Source: a virus (lineage: Duplodnaviria > Caudoviricetes). Taken from it: a DNA stretch of 64,000 nt. The notes under the pieces are model-generated. The model was not told where the DNA came from. It worked only from the letters and a program-made list of their open reading frames with translations, and searched no databases. The number at the start of each line of letters is the position of its first letter. Positions within the stretch are counted from its first letter, which is position 1. The position numbers and the translations under genes were made by a program. Below are positions 39,675 to 49,934 of the stretch, in pieces. The DNA lies in the IMG/VR virus record IMGVR_UViG_3300005512_000001, positions 256,001 through 320,000 of that record. One strand, written 5' to 3'.

Positions 39675-41552
39675 ATGGCTGGTTATATGGAATTAAATAT
39701 GATTACTAATAAAAGCAGAATAGAGTGGGATACCAAAGCCGAGCGTGATAAGTATGTTGCGTTGTTGTCTAAAAAGTTTAATGCCCCTACCATAGCTAAT
39801 ATATTGCGTATAGGGAAGAGAACAGTTTATAGAATCCAAGAAGCATTGGATATACAAACATCTCATAGGCCAGCATATTATAGTTTGGATTATAAATCAG
39901 AATTACAAATCATAGAATTATATAATAATAAAATAGCAACATGCCAAATTGCAGACCAATTTAATATTACACCAGATACTGTACTTAATATAGTTAGGCG
40001 TCACGGCAGCATAACTAGAAATTCACGTGAGAGTTTAAGGCTGGCATTACAATCTGATAAACATAACGATTTCGAATATATTGATAGTGAACAAAAGAGT
40101 TATATTGTGGGGCTTATTTGTGCCGATGGTAACATAACCGGCAATGTTGTGACTATAGGATTAAAGGATTCTGATTCTAAACTACTTTATGACATACAAA
40201 GATTTTTAAATATAGGGTCTGTTAATGTTGTAAATAATTCTGGGTTTAAATTAGCTAGATTTAGAATGTGCAAATCGAAAATCGTCGAAGATTTGAAGAA
40301 TATTGGCATTATCGACTTTAAATCAGATCGCCCTAACCTAATTAATTCGTTGGATGATAATCTATTTAGAGCTTTTCTACTTGGGTTTTTTGATGGTGAT
40401 GGTATTCTGTGCAGGAGCCAATCACAATGCGGCTTTGTTGGCACTAAAAATGTGATGGAATCTATCAATAATAAGATTAATAGCGTACTAGGGATATCAT
40501 TTAATCTTTTTGAACATGGGTCTATCTATAAATTAATAACTGGCAATAAACAATATATGTTGAAATTTTTAAAGTGGCTATACCAGGCCGACATCTTCTG
40601 TCTAAAGCGAAAAGAGAAATTAGCAAAAGCTTGGATTAATAGGTTGTCATATGACTTAAAATGGTTTAATGGCAACAGGTTTTCTGCTGGGAATTTTTCC
40701 GTCAGGCCGCCAAGTTTGAGGATTAAGCTGATAAAAGAAGTTGTTGAGAAGGTAAGTAGCAGATGGATACCACCATCATATACGGCAAATGAGTTGAGAA
40801 GCGACCTCAATAAATGTATTGGTGAAAATGTTGATGTGCTTAAAAAAGCTAGGCGATATGGCCGTAAATTGATGATTAATTACAACCCACATTTCTGGGA
40901 TGTTAAGGTGAGGAAGACACCAACTATCCCAGAAGTATGGACGAAGGCCAGTATCAGAAAATGTATGAATATATTGTCGAACAACAATGGATCGGTTACA
41001 TTTGAGAGATTGATTCGCGAAATCCAATTCCAGTTAAAATGCAATGTAGCGTCATTATTTCATCCTGGTTTTACTAGATCGATTTTTAGAAGATTTAACA
41101 TATCTAAACACATGACAGTATTCGACCCATGTGGTGGATGGGGCGGTAGGCTGATTGGCGCATATATTGATGGTGTCAATTATATAAGCACCGAGGTTGA
41201 CAACAACACATATAATGGCCTGGTTGGGATTAAAAGATTCTTGGGTTCTAACTGCACCATACACAATAAATCATGCTTTGATATTGTGTGGCCAAAATAT
41301 GATGTTGTATTAACTTCTCCGCCATTCTTCAATAGTGAAGATTATAGTCAATGGCAATGCCATAAAGATTGGGTTGAGAGATTTGTCAAGCCTTTTTTAG
41401 ATAGGGTCAATGCGAGATGCATATTGCATCTAAATAAAACAACTATGCAAGACTTTGCTAGTATTAGGCAACCGGACGATGTTGTCGAGATTAAAACAAG
41501 ACCTAATCCAAGAGCTAGCTGGAGTCATGAATATTTAGTTGTGTTCAACTGA
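39675..41552 (+). CDS. HTH + LAGLIDADG endonuclease fused to an amino-DNA methyltransferase
   Basis: YIVGLICADG and FLLGFFDGDG; VFDPCGGWGGR (motif I) and LTSPPFF (motif IV). Confidence 0.8.
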   Translation: MAGYMELNMITNKSRIEWDTKAERDKYVALLSKKFNAPTIANILRIGKRTVYRIQEALDIQTSHRPAYYSLDYKSELQIIELYNNKIATCQIADQFNITPDTVLNIVRRHGSITRNSRESLRLALQSDKHNDFEYIDSEQKSYIVGLICADGNITGNVVTIGLKDSDSKLLYDIQRFLNIGSVNVVNNSGFKLARFRMCKSKIVEDLKNIGIIDFKSDRPNLINSLDDNLFRAFLLGFFDGDGILCRSQSQCGFVGTKNVMESINNKINSVLGISFNLFEHGSIYKLITGNKQYMLKFLKWLYQADIFCLKRKEKLAKAWINRLSYDLKWFNGNRFSAGNFSVRPPSLRIKLIKEVVEKVSSRWIPPSYTANELRSDLNKCIGENVDVLKKARRYGRKLMINYNPHFWDVKVRKTPTIPEVWTKASIRKCMNILSNNNGSVTFERLIREIQFQLKCNVASLFHPGFTRSIFRRFNISKHMTVFDPCGGWGGRLIGAYIDGVNYISTEVDNNTYNGLVGIKRFLGSNCTIHNKSCFDIVWPKYDVVLTSPPFFNSEDYSQWQCHKDWVERFVKPFLDRVNARCILHLNKTTMQDFASIRQPDDVVEIKTRPNPRASWSHEYLVVFN

Positions 41553-42218
41553 ATAATAATATGCATATTTGGGGTCATTCTTTATAGCCTCTTCACCCTC
41601 AGGCCATCTTCCCCTAATAATATCACGGGCATAGCGATATGCATATTCAGGGTCACTCTTTATAGCCTCTTCACCCTCAGGCCATCTTCCTCCAATAACA
41701 TAATGGGCATAGCGATATACATATTCAGGGTTATTCTTTATAGCCTCTTCACCCTCGGCCCATCTTCCCTTAATAATATCATAGGCATAACGATATGTCC
41801 ATTTAGGGTCATTCTTTATAGCCTCTTCACCCTCAAGCCATCTTCCTCTAATAATATCACGGGCATAGAAATATGCATATTTAGGGTCACTCTTTATAGC
41901 TTCTTCGCCCTCAGGCCATCTTCCTCTAATAACATCACAGGCATAATAATATGCATATTCAGGGTCATTCTTTATGGCCTCTTCACCCTCAGGCCATCTT
42001 CCCTTAATAATATTACGAGTATAATAATATGCCCATCCAGGGTCATTCTTTATAACCTCTTCACCCTCAGGCCATCTTCCCTTAATAATATTACGAGTAT
42101 AATAATATGCTTGCTCTGCATTGAAGATGCGTATTTCCTCTGAGCCGTCGTCATAGCCCACAATGTCTTTAAAATCGGGGTCCTCTAGTCTATCGGGATG
42201 TGGCGTTATGATAATCAT
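41535..42218 (-). CDS. 26-aa tandem-repeat protein (7 repeats)
   Basis: AYxYAxxVIKGRWPEGEEAIKxDPxx x7. Confidence 0.8.
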   Translation of the reverse strand: MIIITPHPDRLEDPDFKDIVGYDDGSEEIRIFNAEQAYYYTRNIIKGRWPEGEEVIKNDPGWAYYYTRNIIKGRWPEGEEAIKNDPEYAYYYACDVIRGRWPEGEEAIKSDPKYAYFYARDIIRGRWLEGEEAIKNDPKWTYRYAYDIIKGRWAEGEEAIKNNPEYVYRYAHYVIGGRWPEGEEAIKSDPEYAYRYARDIIRGRWPEGEEAIKNDPKYAYYYSVEHN

Positions 42219-42877
42219 CGCACCGTCTTGTGTCTTCCCTCATAGTGATATGCATATTCAGGGCTACTCTTTATAACCTCTTCACCCTCAGGCCATCTTC
42301 CTCTAATAATGTCACGGGCATAATAATATGCCCATTTAGGGTCACTCTTTATAGCCTCTTCACCCTCAAGCCATCTTCCCTTAATAACATTACAGGCATA
42401 ACAATATGTATATTCAGGGTCACTCTTTATAGCCTCTTCACCCTCAAGCCATCTTCCCTTAATAACATCGCAAGCATAATAATATGCATATTCAGGGTCA
42501 TTCTTTATGGCCTCTTCACCCTCAGGCCATCTTCCCTTAATAACATCACAGGCATAGTAATGTGCCCATTTAGGGTCATTCTTTATGGCCTCTTCACCTT
42601 CAGGCCATCTTCCCTTAATAACATCACAGGCATAGAAATATGCATATTTAGGGTCACTCTTTATAGCCTCTTCGCCCTCAGGCCATCTTCCCTTAATAAC
42701 ATTACAGGCATAAGAATATGCCCATCCAGGGTCACTCTTTATAGCCTCTTCACCCTCAGGCCATCTTCCCCTAATAACATCACGGGCATAGCGATATGCC
42801 CATCCAGGGTCATTCTTTATGGCCTCTTCACCCTCGGCCCATCTTCCTCTAATAACATAATGGGCATAGCAATATGC
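41565..42877 (-). repeat. 78-bp coding tandem repeats (7 + 8 units)
   Basis: Periodic CTCTTCACCCTCAGGCCATCTTCC core. Confidence 0.9.
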
Positions 42878-42985
42878 TTGCTTTACATTGAAGATACGTA
42901 TTTCCTCTGAGCCGTCGTCATAGCCCACAATGTCTTTAAAATCGGGGTCCTCTAGTCTATCGGGATGTGGCGTTATGATAATCAT
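42215..42985 (-). CDS. 26-aa tandem-repeat protein (8 repeats), paralog of the adjacent gene
   Basis: Same repeat; first 33 aa identical to 41535..42218. Confidence 0.8.
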   Translation of the reverse strand: MIIITPHPDRLEDPDFKDIVGYDDGSEEIRIFNVKQAYCYAHYVIRGRWAEGEEAIKNDPGWAYRYARDVIRGRWPEGEEAIKSDPGWAYSYACNVIKGRWPEGEEAIKSDPKYAYFYACDVIKGRWPEGEEAIKNDPKWAHYYACDVIKGRWPEGEEAIKNDPEYAYYYACDVIKGRWLEGEEAIKSDPEYTYCYACNVIKGRWLEGEEAIKSDPKWAYYYARDIIRGRWPEGEEVIKSSPEYAYHYEGRHKTVR

Positions 42986-42999
42986 AAGCGGCGTAGCTT

Positions 43000-43410
43000 T
43001 TAGGCTCTTTTATTCCATTTTCTTCTTACCCAATGCGGATTTGCTGCACTGACCGACATCTCAATATTGCATTTTATGTTTGGGCAGCGGCTCACAGCAC
43101 GTCTAGTATCATGCCATTCATAACCACGAGCCAATTTGTATTCACACCAGAAATGTATAATTATGCCTTTGTGCCCACAGAATGGACAAAATGACATATT
43201 GTGGTTTTGTTTTGCTAAGGCATTCCAGGCTTTTCGCACTAAAGGTGCATGCGTATTGGCAACGCCACGCGACATGATGCATTCTGTGTTTGGGCAATGG
43301 CCCCTGAATCTATCATAATTGCCTTTATTATGGCACAAACTTATGACAGCCCAACACCCACAAATAGGGCAGTTATCCATAAGTTTGGTTTCTCTCTCTA
43401 GGCTTGTCAT
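43000..43410 (-). CDS. Double Zn-ribbon protein (Lar-like)
   Basis: CPICG..C..C..WN and CPFCG..C..C..WN. Confidence 0.6.
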   Translation of the reverse strand: MTSLERETKLMDNCPICGCWAVISLCHNKGNYDRFRGHCPNTECIMSRGVANTHAPLVRKAWNALAKQNHNMSFCPFCGHKGIIIHFWCEYKLARGYEWHDTRRAVSRCPNIKCNIEMSVSAANPHWVRRKWNKRA

Positions 43411-43985
43411 ACTACACGCACAATTTGTTTTGGCGATATGTTCATCCCAGTATCCCTGCCATCTACGACAATAATGTAATTATTAATATTGCATTTTTTG
43501 ATGGTGGCCCTATGTATGGTATTGCCGAGCTGGAGTTCAATCCTGCAGCCGGGCCATAATTTCGGGTATTTTGGCAGAGTTGTGAAGTTGCTTAATTTCA
43601 TGCGGAGGGCGTTGATGATGGTGCTGATTTGGTCGTCCGATAATTCAGCTTCTTCTATAGAATCAAGAATCCTAGTGTGTGCACCGAATTCAAGCATATT
43701 GATGGGTAAGACTTGTCGAGGCGGGCCAAAATCCGCACATATAACACACAAACCCTGCTCTCTACTTATCACGAGAACTCTACCATATGTCTGGTGAAAT
43801 GCCCACCTATCATTTCTGTCAGTAGCGGTATCTATTTCTATATTATCTTGTCGTTCCTGGCAATTATTGTAGTGGGCTTGCCTATCTCCTTCATGTATAT
43901 AACCACAATAAGGACATTGCTCACCTGCGAGTGCATCTTCTATGCTAAACGCACTGATCGGCGTAACTGACTGTTTCAACTGCAA
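43407..43985 (-). CDS. Hypothetical protein
   Basis: AGGAG RBS; CPYC motif. Confidence 0.55.
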   Translation of the reverse strand: MQLKQSVTPISAFSIEDALAGEQCPYCGYIHEGDRQAHYNNCQERQDNIEIDTATDRNDRWAFHQTYGRVLVISREQGLCVICADFGPPRQVLPINMLEFGAHTRILDSIEEAELSDDQISTIINALRMKLSNFTTLPKYPKLWPGCRIELQLGNTIHRATIKKCNINNYIIVVDGRDTGMNISPKQIVRVV

Positions 43986-44135
43986 CTCCTTTATAAATTA
44001 TATGCGGCTATGGTGCGGCTGGTGCGGTTATGGTGCGGCTATTAAATACTCGTCCGACGCGTTGTGTCGCGCAGCGACGGCAACAACAACTAATCTTTTT
44101 GCATTCCGGGCCAAAAATATAATGGAGAATTATAC

Positions 44136-44558
44136 ATGAGACAACGACTATTTAAAAAGGCCCTCGACGTAATTCTTGAAGACACTGAATTATTCATATC
44201 GGCTGCTGCGGCTTTGGACGAATTAGATGCGGCCAGACAGGCAGTTGATGACGCCGGGGTAAGGGTGAGTCATGAGGTCGACGCATTGAACGGCCAGCTT
44301 GCTGTACAAATACGTCGGAATAACCCATCGCTTGATGTCAGCATGGGGCGTGCTGGCGATTGTGTGGTAAGGTACGGCAGACGCAATAAATGTCTTAGGT
44401 TGTGTGCTGACCCTCGTAATCAATGTTTTACATGCGGAGATTCGCCATTTGAAAGACGATTTAGGCGATACCATGGCCACAAACTTGATGCTGGTGTGGA
44501 ATTGCTTGGGAAAGCAATTGCGGATTTCTTTAGACAAAATTATAGGTCGATAAGATAA
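44136..44558 (+). CDS. Hypothetical protein
   Basis: GGAG RBS; FKKALDVILED motif. Confidence 0.6.
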   Translation: MRQRLFKKALDVILEDTELFISAAAALDELDAARQAVDDAGVRVSHEVDALNGQLAVQIRRNNPSLDVSMGRAGDCVVRYGRRNKCLRLCADPRNQCFTCGDSPFERRFRRYHGHKLDAGVELLGKAIADFFRQNYRSIR

Positions 44559-44595
44559 GAGGTGTATTATTAACGCAGAAGCTATCATAACAGCG

Positions 44596-45222
44596 TTGTT
44601 GGCTAACCTTGGTGACCCGAGGGAATTTATGGCTGCATCCGAAAATGTGAAGACCCCTAATATATCCCAGCGGGCTGCAGCGGCATTTAAAAAGAAATTT
44701 GGACTTCTTGGCAAGGCCAATGCACACCAAAATATTATAAAATTCCTAAATAGATTGTCGAAAGCAATAGAACTAGAAAAAGAAAAGAATGCAGCTGCTT
44801 CCGCTGCTAAGTCAGATGTTGCCACCGAGAGCCAATACCACGCTGCAACTGGCTCGCATTTGCGGAATCAAACCGCTTGGCCTGCAAGCATAACGCCAAG
44901 TAAATCGTTTGGCGGTGTGAGAGACACCGGCGGCGGCAAAAAGAAAAAGAACGCGCGTAAGCGTATGCGCGAGAATATTTCTCACCGATTAGATTCAATA
45001 TTTAGCGTACTCGGCGAAGAGGTTGCTGTTAGAAATAATGAGGCTGCTCTAGCTGCTGAAAGAGGGCAATTTATAGTTGATGGTGAAGTAGCTATAGGTA
45101 ATCATGCAGATATTCTGAAAATATTAGTTATGTGGCTTGCGGAGAACAGGCCGGAAGTAGCAAAATCAGCAGTAGATAGTATAGCAGATATGGTGCGTAG
45201 TGGCACTGTCTTCCGAGGATAA
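44596..45222 (+). CDS. Hypothetical protein
   Basis: ORF in + strand run. Confidence 0.55.
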   Translation: MLANLGDPREFMAASENVKTPNISQRAAAAFKKKFGLLGKANAHQNIIKFLNRLSKAIELEKEKNAAASAAKSDVATESQYHAATGSHLRNQTAWPASITPSKSFGGVRDTGGGKKKKNARKRMRENISHRLDSIFSVLGEEVAVRNNEAALAAERGQFIVDGEVAIGNHADILKILVMWLAENRPEVAKSAVDSIADMVRSGTVFRG

Positions 45223-45233
45223 TTGGAGTTAAA

Positions 45234-46298
45234 ATGAATAACACGGTAAGTATACCAGAATCATATGCGACCTTTAAGGGTGAGATTGAGATTGAAGTAC
45301 GCGATCGCACTGGCAACGTTATTGACAGGCGTCGTGAACCTAACCTCATCAAAATCTTTGCGAAAGAGATGTTGGCGCATACGCTCCCATATTCAATGAT
45401 ATGGGACCCAACGGCCGGAACAGGTGCTGGGGCGTGGGTTAACAGCAATATCGACCCGTTAGAAGAATTTGCTGCTAAGTATATCTTATTTGGTGCCTCG
45501 TTTGATGACAATGGCCTGCCGCTGAGCGATGCTGACCCTAGGTATTACCAAACAGACCCTGTTACTGGTGGCTCTGTTGCTATTACTCCAGATGTTGGTG
45601 CTGATAATTTTGGTGACCTAATAAATCCTGTTCCTATTTCGGAACCAGACCGGCCACTTAAGCGAATTGAGAATATTTATTTTGAACCATCATATCAACC
45701 AGCCGATAGTCCGTTGCTAAATGCTGATGTTCGCGCAATCAATAATGTGCTTGTGCTTGAAACGACACTTCGGCAGAATGAATACAATGGGTTTGGCACT
45801 AGCGATAGCGACTTCTTTACGATTACAGAAGTCGCACTAGCTGGCGGTGCTCCATTTAATGCAGATATTGGTATGTGCGAATGCGAGCCACAGATATTGT
45901 TCTTAGAAGGGGTTGGCGGCGAGAAGGATGCACAAATTATAGCGACCATGAACGCTAGTTCTACGGTCACTATTGACCCAACCGTTGCTGCAGCAGATGT
46001 CAATCGAATAGTAGAGGGCGACCAAATCTTATTGGTTGCTAGGTCATCTGGTTCTGCAGATTCGTATGACACAATGGACCAGACAAATCCCTATTATCTT
46101 GTGACATCAAAGACCGTTGGTGGGCGAGACATGGTATTAGACCGAACCCCTGTTGACAGCGATGGGACCGCATTGACTGGCAATGCTGGTGTTTATCGCT
46201 CGACATTAAGGTTGTTCTCACAACGCATACTATCAATACCATTTAGGAAGTCACAGGACTTCGAAATCCTGTGTCGATGGAGAATTGCAATGAATTAG
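45234..46298 (+). CDS. Putative tail/baseplate-associated structural protein
   Basis: KGEIEIEV..NLI; FTITEVAL; LFSQR..K..DF.I..RW.I pattern typical of phage tail proteins. Confidence 0.55.
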   Translation: MNNTVSIPESYATFKGEIEIEVRDRTGNVIDRRREPNLIKIFAKEMLAHTLPYSMIWDPTAGTGAGAWVNSNIDPLEEFAAKYILFGASFDDNGLPLSDADPRYYQTDPVTGGSVAITPDVGADNFGDLINPVPISEPDRPLKRIENIYFEPSYQPADSPLLNADVRAINNVLVLETTLRQNEYNGFGTSDSDFFTITEVALAGGAPFNADIGMCECEPQILFLEGVGGEKDAQIIATMNASSTVTIDPTVAAADVNRIVEGDQILLVARSSGSADSYDTMDQTNPYYLVTSKTVGGRDMVLDRTPVDSDGTALTGNAGVYRSTLRLFSQRILSIPFRKSQDFEILCRWRIAMN

Positions 46299-46337
46299 AG
46301 GAATCGAAAGATTAATTGTAGATACTTAAGGTGACCA

Positions 46338-46961
46338 ATGAAACTCTACGGCTTACATCTTTTTGAAGAAGCTGATGCCCCAGGCGGCCAATCTAATACT
46401 GTTGCGAAGATTGTGGCCGCCGCGTTAAAGGGAATAGGCCGCGCCATATTGGCTCTTAGCTCTGTTATTGTGCATGGATTGCTTGGCCAGGCAGTCGCTG
46501 ATGGTAAGGTAAAACCATCTGATGCTGTAGACGCTGTGAGAGTCGATAGGCGTAAGAAGCTTCGAGATATATTCAAAAAAGACGGTAAAGACCCCGACAG
46601 CTTAGACCCAACTGACCCTGTTAGTGCTGATGTAGAATCCAACTCCAAAAAATACCAAGAAGTGCGTGGTATGATAGCTGAATTAGAGGAATTGTGGAAA
46701 GAGGCTGCCGATAAGGCATCAATAGCTCTAGCAGAATGGTCTGCTTCAGACAATTTCTTTAAAATTGCACGTACCAAGAGCCTTGAAGGTGCTCTAGAAT
46801 ATGAAGCAAGTATTTTAAAGAAGGTATATGAGTTTGTACATAAGCATTTAGAAATTGCTAAAAAACGCAAAAATCAAGATGCAGAGCACACAGAGCAAGA
46901 TGCAGAACAAGAACCTACTCAAGATGAAATTGATTTACAAACCGCCTCATCGCCAGAATAA
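46338..46961 (+). CDS. Hypothetical protein
   Basis: MKLYGLHLFEE leader; acidic tail. Confidence 0.55.
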   Translation: MKLYGLHLFEEADAPGGQSNTVAKIVAAALKGIGRAILALSSVIVHGLLGQAVADGKVKPSDAVDAVRVDRRKKLRDIFKKDGKDPDSLDPTDPVSADVESNSKKYQEVRGMIAELEELWKEAADKASIALAEWSASDNFFKIARTKSLEGALEYEASILKKVYEFVHKHLEIAKKRKNQDAEHTEQDAEQEPTQDEIDLQTASSPE

Positions 46962-47058
46962 CCTACGTCCCCTATCTAACGTCACTCATATCTCGGAATT
47001 GTTGTATCTTATGTAGCTGACATATAAAGATATAGGGGACATAAAAAAGGATAAGTGC

Positions 47059-48333
47059 ATGGCCATAAAGGTAGATGTGAAAGACCTAAAAGCAGCAGTC
47101 GCTGCGATGAAGAAATTTGGAAGTCCAACTACTGCTGCGAAATATCTCAATATTTCACGCAGCACACTTTACACACGTCTAGATATTGCCAAGCGGCAAG
47201 GTATTGTTGGTGCAGATGAAGACCCGAGCGATTTAAAAGTAATTTCTTTAGAGCGAGATATTACTATATTAAAGGATAGAATTAGTACTCTAAATACGAG
47301 GCTAAAACATCATCACAGAGAGCATGGCGTATATGAAGCATTATGTGATGAACTACATAAAGTTGTGACCCCATTAGAACCGCTCCCACCGTTGCCGATT
47401 GAAATAGAAAAGCGAGAACATACAGAATCGCTTGTTATGCATATTAGTGATGAACATGCTGACCAAATCGTAGAGCCGCATAGGGTTGGCGGGATGGAAG
47501 AATATAATTACAAAGTTGCGCTTGCACGTGCTGAGCGTTTTGTTGACAAGGTGATTTCTATTAGCTGCAATACGTTGTCTAATTACCATTTTAATGAACT
47601 ATGGATTTTGGCGTATGGTGACCATGTTAACGGCGAGATTCACGACAGCACAAACCATTCTGAATATAGGAACGCTTTTGATAATGCTTTGGCCGTTGGC
47701 CAGATGCACGCATTGATGATTCGCGACTTAGCACCATACTTCCCATCGATTAAGGTTTTATATTTATCTGGCAATCATGGCCGTAGGTCTGCTAAAAAAG
47801 ATTATAAATCTCCCAAGAACAATTGGGATTATCTTGTTGGTAGGACGGCCGAAATGTTGTGTATGAATATTGAGAATGCGGAATTCTTGATACCAGATAG
47901 TTTTAGTTTTACATTCGAAATTAATGGTTGGAACTTTTGCGCATTCCATGGCGATGATATTAGGTCATGGAACAACATCCCGCATTATGGCATAGAACGT
48001 AAAACCCGCCGATTAACGGCAATCCATGCGGCGCAGGGCAGGCAAGTTCATTATTTCGTGATGGGACATTTCCATAGTAGGTCCGAATTTGAACACCCTA
48101 GCGGCGAGGTTATAATGAATGGTGCATGGATTGCTGCCGATGAATATTCATATGAGGCATTGGGGTTGATAACTAAGCCAAGTCAGATGTTGCATGGTGT
48201 GGGCCAGAGATATGGTGTGTCGTTTAGATTCCCGATTTACCTGAAATTCGATGGTGACACCAAAGGACCGCAGAGATATACTGCGCCGCTTCAGACGCTT
48301 GGACATTTGCAGAATTTCCCGAAATTTAAATAA
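47059..48333 (+). CDS. HTH + calcineurin-like metallophosphoesterase
   Basis: AAKYLNISRSTLY; SDEH, GDHVNG, GNHG, FHGD, GHFH. Confidence 0.85.
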   Translation: MAIKVDVKDLKAAVAAMKKFGSPTTAAKYLNISRSTLYTRLDIAKRQGIVGADEDPSDLKVISLERDITILKDRISTLNTRLKHHHREHGVYEALCDELHKVVTPLEPLPPLPIEIEKREHTESLVMHISDEHADQIVEPHRVGGMEEYNYKVALARAERFVDKVISISCNTLSNYHFNELWILAYGDHVNGEIHDSTNHSEYRNAFDNALAVGQMHALMIRDLAPYFPSIKVLYLSGNHGRRSAKKDYKSPKNNWDYLVGRTAEMLCMNIENAEFLIPDSFSFTFEINGWNFCAFHGDDIRSWNNIPHYGIERKTRRLTAIHAAQGRQVHYFVMGHFHSRSEFEHPSGEVIMNGAWIAADEYSYEALGLITKPSQMLHGVGQRYGVSFRFPIYLKFDGDTKGPQRYTAPLQTLGHLQNFPKFK

Positions 48334-48856
48334 TCTTCCAGTAAGGCACATCAAGGTAGAAACCAACATTGTCCTCTATTTTGATGTGCCCATATACGCC
48401 GTTGACTAATACAGCCCTATAATCTACTATTGCGACTTGCATATTTATATCATGATATGCTATGAAGTTTCTAGGTACATTGCAGTATATATAACTTCTA
48501 TTTAACCAATCAATAGCCCGTGCTCCGACGAATAAGCCAGGAATGCCTAATTTGCTTATGCTTTGCAACGTTCCTTGTTGTGTAGATTTTATCTCCACAC
48601 AAACATTATTGCCCCAAGAATCAATTGGGAGGCAATCGATAAAAGCATCTTTATGTAATGGATTAGTAAATAGGTTTTGTCCTTTGGGGTGGTATATCTT
48701 TTCTAATGGGACCCCAAGGTAATTTGACACAATTTGAATCGCATCAAATTCTTGTTTTACTAATTCTTCATTTGGAAATTTTGTAAACCTCCATGATGGC
48801 TCAGCACCGACATCATCTACCATCATACTTAATAATTTTTTCTGTGATTCGTTCAT
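48326..48856 (-). CDS. Putative PD-(D/E)XK nuclease
   Basis: FIDC...VCVEIKS. Confidence 0.45.
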   Translation of the reverse strand: MNESQKKLLSMMVDDVGAEPSWRFTKFPNEELVKQEFDAIQIVSNYLGVPLEKIYHPKGQNLFTNPLHKDAFIDCLPIDSWGNNVCVEIKSTQQGTLQSISKLGIPGLFVGARAIDWLNRSYIYCNVPRNFIAYHDINMQVAIVDYRAVLVNGVYGHIKIEDNVGFYLDVPYWKII

Positions 48857-48960
48857 GTTATTTAAATACTATCACAGAAGTATGATTTAACTGGCTTCTG
48901 TGTGTTTTTTGATGTGAGCTATGTAATTTCTTGTGTGACTAACGCGGGCCACTCAAAGCT

Positions 48961-49305
48961 ATGAGAATGTGGATGATTCAACCTATATTGATGTGCCGGA
49001 AACATTTATTGGGCGAGCATGGAGAAATCCATAAACATCGCCACAATTTTGTGAAGCATCATTCAATAACTAAACGAGTCAAGCTTGGCCAGATTGCGCC
49101 TGCTGCTATGCAGAATCGACATGATGCCCTTGTTGTTGAGATGCTGAACCGTGGGTATAAACACAATAGCCCATATGAGCAGCCAGATATTAGTTATTTG
49201 CCGATAGAGTATCAGCTATCGACGGTAAATGCAGAACAATCTTTATTAGAATTAGTAAAACGATGCCCACAATGTGCAGAGAGGGTTGCTAGAGGAAGTA
49301 TGTAG
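48961..49305 (+). CDS. Pyrimidine-dimer DNA glycosylase (endonuclease V/DenV family)
   Basis: MRMW..P..MCRKHLLGEHGEIH; RHDALVVEMLNRGYKH. Confidence 0.8.
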   Translation: MRMWMIQPILMCRKHLLGEHGEIHKHRHNFVKHHSITKRVKLGQIAPAAMQNRHDALVVEMLNRGYKHNSPYEQPDISYLPIEYQLSTVNAEQSLLELVKRCPQCAERVARGSM

Positions 49306-49749
49306 TTTCTGCACGGTGTGCTGTGCGTCATAATAACACATGGATGAGACAAAAAGAGAAATAGTGGATGATATCGAGGATATGATTTATGATTTGTGCC
49401 CGCCTAAGTCTAAAAATCTCACGGCAACCACACTAAAAGAAAAGTTGGACGCCGCCAAAACTGATGTATTAAACGTTTTGTTGGGTAAAATTGCCGCGAA
49501 ATATCCGCAAGAGTAGATAAAAGCGAGACGATTTCGTGCAAAAATAATTGCGACGTATTTGAGCTTGTGGCCATTTGGCCAGGAGTTGGAACGATGGAAA
49601 CCATGCGAACCACAACAAGACGCATATCAAACCTCGGCAAACGCCATTTGCGCCTGCACGTTGGTTGTGGTTCGTTATTTAGTAATTATAAGCAAACAAC
49701 GTGCGGGCGAATTTGCCTGCGGTCCTGAACCCCGACGCTGACGTAACAA

Positions 49750-49811
49750 GGAAGCGTGTCCGAGTGGTTGAAGGATTGAGGGTATAAATACCCCATTCTA
49801 GGATATGCTCC
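49750..49811 (+). pseudogene. tRNA-Ser 5'-half remnant folded against a complementary copy
   Basis: GGAAGCGTGTCCGAGTGGTTGAAGGA is a Ser-type acceptor/D-arm; no anticodon or T arm follows. Confidence 0.45.
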
Positions 49812-49849
49812 TAATTTATTTGGAGATAGATAAAGAATGATTGGTACTC

Positions 49850-49934
49850 AGAAGGGTGTCCGAGCGGTTTATGGAGCTGAGCTTGAACCTCAGTAGGCCG
49901 AGAGGTCACGTGGGTTCGAATCCCACCCCTTCTG
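49850..49934 (+). tRNA. tRNA-Ser(TGA)
   Basis: Cloverleaf; CTGAG-CTTGAAC-CTCAG; long variable arm. Confidence 0.9.

Noticed and set aside
41703-42910. + strand ORFs 41703..42143 and 42230..42910
   Set aside because: They are antisense shadows of the repeat genes.
41535-42985. CRISPR array or diversity-generating retroelement target
   Set aside because: The repeats are in-frame 78-bp coding units without unique spacers. No reverse transcriptase or template repeat is in the window, and variation is not clearly adenine-specific.
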